A stretch of DNA of 63,548 bases, filler included, from Reticulomyxa filosa (Eukaryota; Protista; Foraminifera): NCBI GenBank assembly GCA_000512085.1. It is 17 parts of 17 records of this genome, joined end to end, with 100 filler letters (N's around TTAATTAATTAA, not from the genome) between each part and the next. Parts side by side here need not be neighbours in the genome. Positions count along the whole stretch, not along the records: positions 12,739 to 16,624 come from ASPP01037362.1; positions 16,725 to 17,842 come from ASPP01033885.1; positions 17,943 to 23,206 come from ASPP01014628.1; positions 23,307 to 24,462 come from ASPP01002106.1; positions 24,563 to 28,956 come from ASPP01013406.1; 12 more parts are not named here. One strand, 5' to 3'. Of the stretch, positions 12,743 through 26,178 are shown piece by piece. The notes under the pieces are model-generated. The model was given only the letters and a program-made list of their open reading frames with translations. It was not told the DNA's origin and ran no database searches. Every line of letters begins with the position of its first letter. Position 1 is the first letter of the stretch. The translations under genes and the position numbers were made by a program.

Positions 12743-15700
12743 GTGAAAAAACATTACAAATTGATTAAGGCCACAGAAACTGAAAAAAATTACAAATTGA
12801 ATAGTACAATAACAAAGGATTCCGATTGGATTGATTTTGTCATTGCGTTCAACAAGGGCAAAAGCTTTCTTACCAAAACGGATGCCTCTATTCAACAACT
12901 ATTAACATGCTATAACGATTGTGCAAGCTATTTTAAAGATGTAGATTCGGAGTGTGTAAAATTACTAGATCTGATTGCAAAACATAAAGAAACATTGATT
13001 AAAGAGTTGACAACCACGCATTTTGTTAACAAAAATCATTTTGAAAATACCATAGAAACTTTGAACAATAGCAAAGACCCCTCACTCCAAACGTTGGTTG
13101 GTGCATTACGTACAGTCAATGAAAACATTCGAGAGTGTATCTGGAACGTTTCATTCGAACGAGTCACGGACTTGGCAAATGCACTTTTGAAACTACATAA
13201 AACTGATCAAATGTTTGTTCACAAATTTCGAAAGTGTTGCGATGCAGACCTAAACAGTGTGTCGTACCTTGTGGAAGAGGCGGGACAATTACAAGCAGTG
13301 CAAAGTTTGGAGGTGTTAACACAGGCAGCACAAATTGGGAAATGGGTATTTGCAAGTTGCAATCAGGTGCTGCAGCACAATGACTCCGTTGCCTCGAATA
13401 AAGAAAGGAAAAATACGTGGTTTGTCTTGCAAATTGATACTAACAAACTCTATTATGATCAAATAGAGCATAAAATTGATCTTATTTATCTTGGGTATTC
13501 AAAGGAAAAGGAGTTAAAACAAGTAGAGGCACTAATCCAACAGTTCAAAACGTGCAAGGAGATTGAGAGGCTACGTGTACGTTTTTGGAAAAAAGGAGGG
13601 CGACAAGAAACCGGATCACTATCTTTGGCAGTGAAAGAAGAAGTGAGTGTATATGACCAACTCCAAATGAAATGGGAAAGCATATTGGAATCATGGCAAA
13701 AGAAATGTCTTCAATTGAGAACCGATTATCCAGCATTGAATTATTTCACGTTCAATGAAATACGTTTTCTTGCAGAAAAGTTAAATACAATTGCAACTTG
13801 TCCAGAGAAAGACAAAAAGCTGCTTGCCTCCAGATTTTTGTTACCATTTTTACAACGCATTGATCATAAACTATCCGATGCGTCGACAGTATTAAAAAAA
13901 TGGAAATGTGTAGCCGCTGACAGTGACGAAGTACTCTCGCAATTTGGAGAGATATGTTCGGAGATGTGGAGCAACTCCGACAATAACAAAATAAGAGATG
14001 ACGCTTCATCTAGAATACTTGAGTATGGGAAACCCAATTTGATTGTCCAAAATTCGAGCCAAATGCTAAATGTTTTGGAATTGTTTGAATCTGTTGGAGT
14101 CATTCCCCGGATTGAACACATATTGATATGCAAGGAAAATACAATGGAAGAAGAAGTGGAGTGCCTACTGTTTCGAGCTGTCACTTGTGCAAGGAAACGA
14201 CAACAGCAAGAAATTGAAGAAGAAAAAAAAGAGTCAGTTACGCCAAACAGAAAAGCAGCTACAAATAGCTGGAAGCCTCCATTGTATTGCTTAATGTGGC
14301 CAGAAATGCTGACAATTGAAACACTGGAACACGTAACGCAATTATTTCGTACTTTGCTATTGGATGACAACGCTTTGAAAGAATTGAAAAAAACGCCTTA
14401 TTTATTGGCAATTATATCTTCTTCACCTAATAGCATGCTGTCACAAACACTGTCCACATTTCGCCTGTCACAAAGGATTGTCATGAAAAATGAGACTCCA
14501 AATCAACTTGTTGAACATTTATATTGCAACGATTTGCACGTCTTTGCTTCGCGGAAATGGTCACATCATGATAACAAACCTTTTGTGCGCCTGTACGTCA
14601 GTGAACAAGTTGGCATGGGGAAGAGCTTCAAAATTCAACAAGACATTGCGTCTATTCGCAGCATTAAGGATAGTATGAATGAAGAGGAAAAAAAAGAAGA
14701 AGAGGAAGAAGAAGAGAAAGAGGAAGAAGAAAAGAAAGAGGCAGGCAAAACAGTGCTAGAGGCTAAGTCAAAAGTGCAAGATGTGCGAGTTGCATTTAAC
14801 AGTAGTAACATAGATTGGAACAATACAATGGAAAGTCTTTGGAGGCATCATCCGTACAATAATAACAATCAAGTACAAGACAGTGCAACTGACACCAAAA
14901 GCAAGAATATAAAAAAGGCAAAGTATCGCCATAACACTCTCATTGTGTATCATTTGGATGTGTCCTCTTGCATTTCTTCTTCAATGAATACATTCTTATT
15001 TGAACTGCTTTTTTTGCAACATATCAATGCCACGATCAATTCGCAGTGTTTCCATGTTAATACAAACATGGCATTTTTGATCGAAATACCTTCCCAATTG
15101 AACGGAGTGGAGCCAATCTGCACAAAGATGTTGCACACGGTATTTTCAGTGTCGAGTTTTCCTGTTGTTCGTGTAACGCAGGAAACCAACCCTTATGTAT
15201 TTGGCCCAGAAGCGAAATTTTCGATCAAATGGATGAAGGAATTTTATGCTGGACATTTAAAGTTTCCAAAATAAATAAATACATATTTATTTATTTTTAT
15301 GCACCCTTACTCTTTCTTATTCTATTAATTGGATATTGATTACAGAAATACTGATGTATGTGCACATAAAAAGTAATTACAAATAATGTGAATAGGAACA
15401 AAGATCCTAATATGAAGGAAATAGCCGACTTGGAAACAAAGGAAATGAAGGAAATAATGGAAAAACATTGTTCACATGTTGCACGTGCTTCTCCTTTGCA
15501 TCAAACTGCTTTTTATAAATATCTGTATAATCAATTTCAGTTTTTGGCTTACTCTGTTCTTTTGGCAAATGACATGAAAGAGAGTAAATACTGGCCAATT
15601 CGATTTAAACATGCAGTCACTGATTCAGTGATCAAAATTGGCGCAGGTCTTTCTTATCGCTGTTACCAAAGAAAAGGAGTCGGTTTAGAAGAAAGTAATG

Positions 15701-16624
15701 GAGAGGATGAATTTTATCTGTGCGAACAATGGCGAATAGCACAAGACTTTCTTTATTTAGTAAATCAGGACGACGCAGGTTTGAAAAATTTTTTTATCTG
15801 GGCTGTTTTGCAATAGAAGAAGCACTTATTTGTGTATATGCGTCTCCCCTCCCTATATTCTCTGTGCAATAAGGTACAATTTCGATGCTCATTAATGACA
15901 CAAAACTGCAGTCCCGAGAATGCTTACAAGCTTTGCACGACTTGCATTTCACAATTTTGAGTTGGGATAAGGAAATGAAAGATCGAAATGCCTTAATTGA
16001 AACCCAATGGAAGGTACTTTTTTCAACACCCTCCAAACTTTATGTAATATACATATGCATACGTATACGTATATACGCACGCATATACGTGCGTATTTAA
16101 ATGAAAGACTATGTTTAAAAAAAAACAAAGGTAACAAAAGATAAAAAGCCAAAGAACAACGCAGAAATTGAAGAAAAAGAAAAAAGAACAGAGTTACTAT
16201 TTCGTGTGGTTGGCACAAAAGAAACTTTAAAACCAAAGATCAAAGTAGAGTTATGGGGAATGGAGTTCAAGATGGAAAAACAAGAGATAAGTAAAGATAT
16301 GAAAGTGGGAGAGTTTCGACATTACGTTTTAACTTACGACAACATCCTAAAGATGATTGCAATTTATTTGCGTATACAATCCAATACCCCGGTGATTTTA
16401 ATGGGAGAAACAGGTTGTGGAAAGACGTCGCTAATCAAATGTTTAGCTAAAGTGGCCAGCGTTCCATTGCAAGCCATTGATGTCCACAGTGGATTTGGAA
16501 GACAAGAGCTTCGAAATATGATCCAAAAATGCCTGCAGAAATGCAAAGAGGCTGAACAAAGGGGTGAGAGTAAAATAGAGCAATGGATATTTTTAGATGA
16601 AATAAATACATCTCCGGACATTGG
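12743..16624 (+). CDS. RNF213/mysterin-like giant AAA+ ATPase (internal fragment, spliced)
   Basis: YVLTYDNILKMIAIYLRIQSNTPVILMGETGCGKT (Walker A) and WIFLDEINT (Walker B). Upstream blocks SEQVGMGKS, YHLDVSS...FLFELLFLQ and ILICKENTMEEEVECLLFRA are collinear with RNF213 as I recall it. Confidence 0.85.
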
Positions 16625-16724
16625 NNNNNNNNNNNNNNNNNNNNNNNNNNNNNNNNNNNNNNNNNNNNTTAATTAATTAANNNNNNNNNNNNNNNNNNNN
16701 NNNNNNNNNNNNNNNNNNNNNNNN

Positions 16725-17305
16725 CCTAATCCATCCAAACATTAACGTGATAAAAAAATCATTGGCTCAGAACATGAGGACGTAGAACAATTGGCTGACT
16801 TGAGTGAGCAAGACCCCAAGCAAGCCAGTACACCAAATGCAAACTCCACCCGTGAGGTGTATTTTTCAGAACAAACATTTAGCAATGTCTACCAAAAATT
16901 TGATGACATTTCCAATCAAAACAATAATTCGTGCAATGTGAAAGTGTTTGACAAAATGAGGCGCAGGTTTGTATTGAATGGACGCGTTGACCTCATAAAA
17001 ATTGAAAACGCGCCGCTTGATCTGTACATCTCCGCGGCATGGGTTTTTGGTAGCGATGTAGTGTTTGTGTCATTGCTATTCAAGTGTTGAGTTTTGTCCT
17101 TCCTGATTGAGCTCAGTACAACAGTTGTAGTAGCGTTCGAGACGTAGAGTTTTTTGCCACTTGGACTATCTTTTTTTTTAAAAAAATTATATCACAATAT
17201 GAAAACTACAATTATGTACTTATTAGTAGAAACTGCCGTCGTTTTGTAAGCGATATCCTTGCTATGTTGGGTCATGCAAACCATGCTCAAATATTAGATT
17301 TATGA
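16725..17305 (+). pseudogene. Decayed PPPDE/LRAT-like (permuted NlpC/P60) peptidase
   Basis: YNYVLISRNCRRFVSDIL (NC at 17231-17236) matches the Y.L...NC..F catalytic-Cys motif; upstream frame has in-frame TGA/TAG and a homopolymer shift. Confidence 0.4.
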
Positions 17306-17942
17306 CAGTGAATCGCAGTCAACCCAAATTGAAAGTTTCCGTACTAAGATTCAGCTCCAGCTGTCTTTAATTTTTTGCGCTTGAAAATTGTGTGGTAAAG
17401 CAATCACTGTTGTAGTTGATTTTTGCTCTATGTAATCAGCGACACACGTTTGACAAAATAATTCCTTAAAAAAATGCGATTTATCGGTTCAACTGGTGAA
17501 CTCTTTACATATTCATTCAACCATTTTGTCAAAGCAAATGTAATGAAATCAGTTTTTGTTCAGCTAACCAGAAATACCTTACTGAATAGTGTTTTTTATT
17601 TGATCATTTTTCAGACTTTTCTGTTATTTTCGACAAGACAAGAAAGAAAGGAATTAGTTTCAGCAATTAGGAAAAGAAATCTTTTTCATTCGATGAAATA
17701 AATTAATTTAAAAACTTAAAGTAAATGATAGATAATGAAACAAATAAGACATTATATTGTTGTTCTTTGCTCGGGTATTGTTTGACCACTCACCGTTCAG
17801 TGATTGCCCAAGATAAGAGCAAGTAGAGCCATTCGCACGTACNNNNNNNNNNNNNNNNNNNNNNNNNNNNNNNNNNNNNNNNNNNNTTAATTAATTAANN
17901 NNNNNNNNNNNNNNNNNNNNNNNNNNNNNNNNNNNNNNNNNN

Positions 17943-17979
<37 letters not shown>

Positions 17980-17982
<3 letters not shown>

Positions 17983-19522
17983 AAAGAAAAAATTGGTGCA
18001 ATGGCGATCAGTAGAGTCGGGTGAAATGGAAGAAGTGAATGATTTGATGCAAACATTCCAAAATTTGAAAAAAGACATCCATAGAACGTTCTCAAACAAT
18101 CGTATTATGACGCTGTCTGATGAACAGTTCTTTTTTTTTTTTTTTAATTAAATAAAATAACATAAAATACAATAATAACAATAACAATAATAATAATAAT
18201 AACAATAATAATAAATAATAATAATAATAACAAAGACAACAACAATTACAAACTTTACTTGGAGTATATTCACTACTCGATCCCGACGTTGCATATGTGC
18301 AAGGGATGAATTTTGTGGCAGGTGCTGTTGTATTTGCAATTGTGGATGAGTTTGATGCGTTTGCCGTGTTTTGCCAACTGATGAAACTGAACGAGTCTGC
18401 CCCCTTTCCTATTTCTTTTCCTGTTTCTGTTTCTGCTTCTGTCCCTGTTGTGGACATGCCTGAACTAAAATCCGCTACTTGCACTAATGTCGCCAGTGTT
18501 GCTGCTCCAGAATCTGCCAACGAGGATATCGACCTGTCTTGTAGCTCACACAGCTCAGACATGTCGTTGTCACCATTGCCACTACCCCCACTGCCACCAA
18601 CGTCGACAACGTCGGAAGTAATCAATACTGACATTACATTGCATTGTGATGGTATCGAAAACGGATCAAAACCTGATCAAGAGCAAGCGCAAGAGGTACG
18701 ACAGGATCAAAAACAAGAGTGCAAAGAAAAAGAAGAAGAAAAAAAACAAGAAAAAGAAGAAGAAAAATATTTGAAGCAAGATGTAGACGAAAATGGAAGC
18801 AAGTTTGTGCAAAGCCATTGTAGTGGAGGAAGGATATCGAAAACTGGACAAAGGGGCTATGGGTTTCGGTACATGTTTACTGAGACTTTGCCGGGCTCGA
18901 CTGTGGCGTTGCGACAGTTTGATAAACTGTTGCAAAAACATATCCCCGAACTATTCCAACATTTTTCCAATAATCAGATCCATGTTCCTTCCTTTGCATG
19001 CGAGTGGTTTATCACCTTGTTTTCCTATGTCTTACCATTAACTGTTGTATTTCGCGTTTTTGATTTGTTTCTTGTCGATGGCTTCAAAGTTTTGTCCTTC
19101 TTTTTCAAAAATAATATAATGTACAACATTTGTTTGAATATTGGTTATAGGCGCTTCATCGAGTGGGGTTGGCAATCCTTTCTTCTGCAAAGAGTTGAAT
19201 TTTAAATATTTTTTTTTATGACTTCACAATTGAATGTTTTTTGTTTTTCACATATAAAAGCACATTTGATGCAGCTGGAAGCGGATGACATCTTGATGTA
19301 CTTGAAACAATTCCCTGATAGTGGTATCTTTTTAAATTCGACGGATGAAGAAGATGGAGACTCATTCATTGAACATGCGATGTCTTTCAAAATTACCAAT
19401 TCAGAGTTACATAACATTTGTGCCGATTTACTTGCCAATGTTGTGCCTATTTAATTTTATTACTGGCTGATCTGCAATACATTTATATTATTTTTTTATG
19501 CACACAACAGGAACAAATGTAA
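17980..19522 (+). CDS. TBC-domain Rab GTPase-activating protein (5'-partial, spliced)
   Basis: KDIHRTF (Arg finger) and YVQGMNF (Gln finger) are joined by intron 18127-18235; also FACEWFITLFSYVLPLTVVFRVFDLFL. Confidence 0.9.
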
Positions 19523-19983
19523 AAGGGCATAAATGTATTTCGCTTTTTTTTTCCCCTCATTGTCTTTTGTTCGGTGATGCAAGTTTTAATTATTGACAAA
19601 ATCTTTTTTCTTTCCAAGTGTTTAATTTTTGATTTTTTTTTTTTTCATTAATTTTGGTTTGGTGTTGAACTCTTCATTGTGCTTCCACGGATTTTCCTCA
19701 AAAGTCATTAATTGAAAAAATGCATCTCCACAGAAAGATCTTCAATAATTTTTTATTTTTAAGGTGAAGAGCTTATCGTTTAATGCGATAAAACATAATG
19801 TAGTTCTGCTATTTGTGCAGCGGAAAGTAAACCTCTGATTACATTTTTAGTGAAATTAAGTGGTAACGAAAGACACAACACTCTCATTAACATTCATATC
19901 TGCATACGTGAGTGCAAGTAGAGTGTGAAAGGAAATATGTATTGTTTTATTACAATTCTTTTGTAACATTTTTAAATTTTTCT

Positions 19984-22136
19984 TCAATTCCCACGGTCAA
20001 AGAAATCGAAGAACCAGGACACCCAGCCTGGATCTGCAGTATTGAAATTTTGTTGACCGTCCAATATCTTTTTTGTGTCAAATTCCTCTTTAATACGAAT
20101 AGTGGGCAAGATCGGAGAAGTTTCCTCTTTGATCTTTGTTTCCTTATCCTTCTGTTGATTTTTTTTTAAACAAAAAAATTCCATAAACAGCCGAGATGTA
20201 GAAAATGGTAAACAGTAAAATAGATTTACCACGTCAAATTTATCAGGATCACTGAGAAAATCTGGCTTGACATCAAGTTCTGGAATTTTGATATCTGTTG
20301 AAGAGAAGTCAAATACGTCTTAACAAATATGTTTGCAATGCTCAAACAAGAGAATAAACAAGATAAACTTTTGATTTCTTCCATTTTGATTGTCTGTTGA
20401 AATAACAAATTACAAACAAATAGAACTTTTGCACATCAATCTCTAAAAAAACAAAAATAGAAAATATCCAGCAAAATTTCGTGTGTGATACCTTTTCTAA
20501 TGGCTTGTGAAATTTGCCACTGCTTTCCAAATCTGGATGTGGAGTTACCATTTTATCTATGCACATATTATTGTAGCCTAAACAAAAGAAAAGCAAAGAG
20601 AAAAAAAGAGAGAAAAAGATTTCACCATCTGTGAAAAATTTGTCATATTCTTGTTTCACTGTTTTTTCTTCTATCTTAAGCTTGTGTTCAAAAGCCTACA
20701 AAAACAAAACACAAGTGAATATTTACACTTTTTTTTTTCAAAGCAGAGTACATAACCTCAAGTTTAATCGGTGACACTGGTATTTGCAATTCAGTTTCGA
20801 TCATGCGCTTCATTTTTTTGTTGGGTGTTGGAGGAGAATCTGTGTTCGTTTGAATGTTTGAAATGGTGAACGAGTGGTCCTGAAACCAATCAAATTCTTC
20901 ATTTACCATCGTGTCTTCTGGACAATTTCTCAACAGCTCTTCCAGTGACGCGTTGATATGTTTCAGTAAAAAATACTCTCTTATATATGGTAGCAACTGG
21001 TCAAAAGCCATCAGCTGATAGATAAACTGAGCATCCCTTTTATTGTTATGTTAACTTCTTTTGCACATTATGTATTCTCCTTTAAAAAAATAAAAATAAA
21101 CAGACACATAAACTGTTGCATTTGGCTCCTCAAATGGCTTAGTGCCATTACAATCATGTGGCTTCGTCCATAGACATTTGCTATCATACGTAGCCATTGG
21201 TCGTCGTATTTCATCACACTTTTTTTTATTTTATCCCCCCCCCCCCAAAGGAAGCACTACATTTTTGGGTCTTTTTTTCCTCTTAAAAATCTCAAAACTT
21301 GGGAATATTTTCTTTTCCAAAGACGTTTTTAACAGAAAACAATGGCATGTTTGGTACGTATTCATCTTCATCATCTTCTAGTAGTTGCATCACACCAAGT
21401 TTGTTAATGTATGTGACGTCTTCAGTGTTTGCGCGATTGCTTTCAATTCGAACAATTTCATCGTCCAAACTGTTGTTAATTGCAAGGATGCAACTCAAAT
21501 CAACAAATGTGGTGGAGTGAGAATTGTTGTCGCTGCTGTCTCCCACATTGGCTTGGCTTCGTGTATTCAAACATTTCGATGATGTTCTTATTCTTACCAC
21601 GTCTTCCACTCCGCTCATGTCTTGTTGATTCCTCTGCGTATATTTTGGAATTGAAAAAGAAAGGGAGAACAAAGATTCAAAAAATTTTTATTCAGCAACG
21701 TTTTTTTATTACCAATCGTATTACATTTTTTTTTTTTTTTGATTGGAGTGAAAAATACAGCCAAGTCAAAAAAAAAAAAGCAAATAAATTCTTCAAAGTA
21801 TACACAACTATTTAACTTTTTTTTTTTCAATTGTTTTGAATTCCAAGGTATTCCGTTGATTCTGCTTTTTTGTTGCCTGTCTTTGTTGGGATGCATATAT
21901 TCTATGTCAATATAACGATGGCGCCGATTTGAGTTAACGACCACACCTTGATACCAAATGTGGTCGCTTGCATTTTTGTATTCGACTTCATCTCCTTTTT
22001 CCCATTCGTCTTTCTTGAAAAGTTTGTTTATCGGTTCCAGTTTTTTCTTTGTTACCACAACAACAAAAGGAAAGAATGCTGAAAAGAAAATTAACCAGTT
22101 TGCATTGTTCAAGCGAAGGCTTATGATCCAGTTCAC
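19984..22136 (-). CDS. Uncharacterised multi-exon gene(s); Tudor/Agenet-like module at about 21830-22020
   Basis: WEKGDEVEYKNASDHIWYQGVVVN...IDIEY is Tudor/Agenet-like; several co-oriented ORFs follow downstream. Confidence 0.4.
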
Positions 22137-23035
22137 AGAGAGAATGAGTTCAAATGCAACAAAACTTGAAACAACATAAAAAAAAAAAGCAAAAACCTTT
22201 CTTCACTTTGTCGAGCAAAACACCTAACACAATTTTTTAAAAAGTTTCTTAAAGTTAAATCCAATAATGCAATAAATTACAAGATCTCATAGATACAAAT
22301 TACTTTCAATCCAAATAATTAGAATAATACAATTGGTGAGTATTTATTATCGACAATTATTTATGTATTTGTTGTTGCCAAATGTTGGGCCGAGAAAAAA
22401 CGACACAATTACAAAATGCATCACACCTCTTTTTTTTGTTAGGTTGAAACAACGCATAAATACATTTTGGGTTTCGATATAGCCTCGTTTTGTTTTGAAA
22501 GTAGAGTTACTTCATACACTATTTCAAGAAAATTTACCAAAAAAAAAACAAAATAAACCAACAAAAACACACAACCAAAATAATTTTGAACTTTCGAAAA
22601 GTCAAAATAATAGAGAAGGACACTCAAAAAAAAAAAAATGGAACTGACTCTTTTTTTTTTTATTCGAGATTGGTGTGGGTTGATATGTTCCAACAGAAAG
22701 GGAAAACCCCTTTGTCTCCCTCTCTTAGAAAAGAAAACAAGGAACTGATCAGTGAAAAAACAGAGTCTCGCTGGTATTGTCCTCTTTTCTCTCCTGATCT
22801 TCTCTTATGGCGCCAACAAGGCCACAAAAAAAAGAAAGGCAATACCAACAACAGAAATTTGATCCAACAAGCATTTTTTCCTTTTTTTTTTTTAATATAG
22901 ATATTTTTTTTTTTTCAATCGAATTGTATTACAATTGTCAATATTTGCGTGCGACTTTACTATTATATATATGTATACATATATATAATAGTAAAGCAAA
23001 CGTATGGATACTTGAATATATTTGAAGGATCAGAT

Positions 23036-23206
23036 TTAATCGGAGGAATCAGGATCAACAAAAGACGAAAGATGCATAAAGCCAGCGCTGACGATGCGTT
23101 TGACATTTTGAACGAACCCGGTATTGTCGGCGTCAGTATTGCGTGGCGATGAGACGGGAGTGGTGCGATTGGTGTCTTTGGAGGTGTTTGCAGTTTGAAG
23201 ATGAGA
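23036..23206 (-). CDS. 3' end of an unknown gene (…VKRIVSAGFMHLSSFVDPDSSD*)
   Basis: Open frame from the contig edge to TAA, with coding-like composition. Confidence 0.45.
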   Translation of the reverse strand, partial: SHLQTANTSKDTNRTTPVSSPRNTDADNTGFVQNVKRIVSAGFMHLSSFVDPDSSD

Positions 23207-23399
23207 NNNNNNNNNNNNNNNNNNNNNNNNNNNNNNNNNNNNNNNNNNNNTTAATTAATTAANNNNNNNNNNNNNNNNNNNNNNNNNNNNNNNNNNNNNN
23301 NNNNNNCAAATAAATATTAGTTTTCTTTATTTTTTTTTTTTAATTATTATTATTTTTTTCTTTTTTCCTCCCTTTTTCATCTTTCACTTTTTTTTTTTT

Positions 23400-23738
23400 T
23401 TTGTTGCAAGGACCTCCAGGTTGTTTGCCAAAGGCCATTGCTGCTGGTTGGATTGTATCTTGCAATGATAGCTTTTCCTTCAATGTGTCTGCAAAAAATT
23501 GCTCAAATGATGCCTTGAGGCATTTCATGTTACTTATCTTTGCTGAACTGTTTTGCGGAGATGTAGTGATGGCACTCAGGGGAAAGTGCTTTGGTGACAA
23601 AATCCCCATGAGTCGATAGATTACCACTCCGTCGGAAAGCTCTTGCGGCTCTTGAATTGGTGCTGATGTTAAGTGAAACAAGTTTATCCAACGCAACACT
23701 ATCTCATATGTACGCTCTTCTTCTCCGATGGTTGTCAT
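23400..23738 (-). CDS. HOOK-family N-terminal (CH-like) domain, dynein adaptor-like; 3'-partial
   Basis: VLRWINLF...QELSDGVVIYRLMGILSPKHF...KISNMKCLKASFEQFF matches the HOOK domain pattern (LSDG...P..F...K.SNLK). Confidence 0.7.
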
Positions 23739-24130
23739 TATTCCCACCAAATTGCTTGCCTACTTTTTTTTTTTTTGATTTTAGCGAATATATCAACAAA
23801 ATTTTTTTCAGAAAAACGTGCAATTACGGTATCCCTATGAAATTCACATGCTGTTCTTCAAATTTTTTAAATGAAAACATTGGATAAGTGGAAACCGTTT
23901 GATTAACGGAATTTTAAAAATTTGCCAAACAATAAAGTGTTCAAACTTGTAAAAATGTTCTTTAAAAACTTATTTTTTATTCAATGATCGCCGTTATACT
24001 TTATTGTTAGCATAAGCTCGAGAATGTGTCCCTTCCAACAAGAAACAAACAAGAGAGGACCCGTTTGTCCTGGTGTTCAGCGAACTGCCAACCCCCAATT
24101 TCAATAATTTTGAAATTGAAGAAAAAAAAA

Positions 24131-24440
24131 ATGACAACAAATGATAACGAAAGTGAAATCACAATAACTGTAAAGCAACTGGATGGAACAGTGTTCAACG
24201 TCCAAGTGGCGTCCACAGGGTCAGTGAGACAGTTGAAGGAAGCAATTCAAAGAGCACGAGACATTTCCCCAGAGCGACAAAGATTGATTTACCATGCACA
24301 AGAGCTAAAGGATGGGAATGTGCTGACAGACTACCACATCGCAGACAATGTACATTACACATGGTCATTCGGCCTCTGGCAAGCATTTCATCCAATAACA
24401 ACGTCAATCCAGTTGTCGTTGTGAACTTGTCTCAGTTTCA
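24131..24440 (+). CDS. Protein with N-terminal ubiquitin-like domain (BAG6/ubiquilin-type), 3'-partial
   Basis: ITITVKQLDG...VRQLKEAI...ISPERQRLIYHAQELKDGNVLTDYHI; the beta-5 strand TLHMVIR appears after a 1-nt shift at about 24349. Confidence 0.85.
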
Positions 24441-24599
24441 AAAAAAAAAAAAAAAAAAAAAANNNNNNNNNNNNNNNNNNNNNNNNNNNNNNNNNNNNNN
24501 NNNNNNTTAATTAATTAANNNNNNNNNNNNNNNNNNNNNNNNNNNNNNNNNNNNNNNNNNNNTTAAAAAAAAAAAAAAAAAAAAAAAAGGGGAAACCAA

Positions 24600-25853
24600 A
24601 CTGCTTCCAAGAAGTCTTCCAACCACACAGTACACCAGTGTATTTGACAATACAATGCACGATAGCCAAAAAACGACTATCGTTGATTATTAGTCGCTCT
24701 TGCCATCTGTTGCTGGAGTGTTTATCCCTTGCTTTTGTCTCTGTTGATGTCGACGCGGTGGTATCTTTCTTTGTTTGTCCTTTTCTTTCGTTCTCTTGTC
24801 GTACTTGCTCCTCGCTTCCATATGATTCATCATTGTCGTCGTCCATTTCTTCGATAATCGCCTGCTCGATTCCTTCACGTCTGCGTTGTTGATGTCGTTG
24901 TCGCCATCCATCCATTCCTTGATATTGGGCAACGACAGGTGTGATGAATTTGTCGAAGCGCTGCTGCACTGTCGAGTCACGCGCGATACTGGACTACGCA
25001 ATCCAGCTTTTTTCCCCCATCACACACACACACACACACGCACATGCACATACAAAATATATACACATACATTATTTGTATGCCGGCATCACATGCCGTT
25101 TGCAAAAAAAAAAAAAAAAAAAAGTGTATACGTATATTTGCAAGAGGGGAGGAAAAAGGGGGGGGGGGGAGGGGAGAAAGGGAAGGTGTTTGTACGTGTT
25201 CGAAAGAAAAAAATGCCAAAAAAACTTGGTTGGGATGAAATATCAAAGGAAGATAGGGTAGTAGTGTCAATGTGAGGAATAGACCGTATTCGCATTTGCG
25301 TTTGTGTTTGTGTTTGTGATTGCCATTGAGATTGACAGTCACTTAGTTTTGATAACGGTCGATTAAGATGACGATCGTTTGTGTACTGTGTTTCCTCATT
25401 GCTGTCCAAATCCGTGTCCACGATGCTATCATCATCATCGTCGTCGTCGTCGTCGTCATCATCATTGTTGTCATCGTCGTCATCATCATTGTAATTATCG
25501 TAATCTGCCATTACGTTGTTTTGATCGCTGCAGTAATAGTCATCTTCATTTTCGCTAAGTCCTAAGTATTGCGTGAGCAGTGACGTATTGAAGGCGGGCG
25601 TCAATGGCGTATCCAACTGTTTGCTCGAGACCGTGCGAATGGTTCCCGGCGTTGTCATCGTGGTGCCACTGCTTGGCGTTGCTTGTATAATGCTGATACG
25701 CTTCTTGCTTATCAAGTCTTCGTTGCACTTCTCCTCCTCACTTGGATACGCTGCACCATGCAGTAACACTTTCATAAAATATCGTGATGTCAAACCCAAC
25801 GCTTGGTGGAGCCAGAGCCACACAATTACCTCCGCTTCCGTGCTACCGACCAT
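24600..25853 (-). CDS. Uncharacterised protein with poly-Asp tract (spliced, 3'-partial)
   Basis: ORFs 25089-25853 and 24511-24969 have coding-like composition and are separated by a homopolymer/(TG)n-rich intron-like segment. Confidence 0.5.
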
Positions 25854-26178
25854 TTTTTAACACCAACCTCGTCACTTCTAGTTCTTCTTTTTTTTTTTTT
25901 TTTTAGTTGTTCCAAATGATTTCAATTATATTTTCTTTTTAGATTGCAAATGATTCGTTTGTGTATTTTTTTTATTCTCCCCTTTTGTTTGTTCAAAGAA
26001 GGAGGAAACCCGTTTTTGTTTTGTTTTTGAAAAAAGGATTTTTATTCTTGTTTAAATCAGAAAATAAGCATCTGCTCTATTGAATAAGGAGATATGTAAA
26101 GTTTGGAAAAATTTAAAAACGTAAACATTCCTTTTCGCTGAATTAAAGAATAAACAGATAAAAGGTAAAAATACTTTG

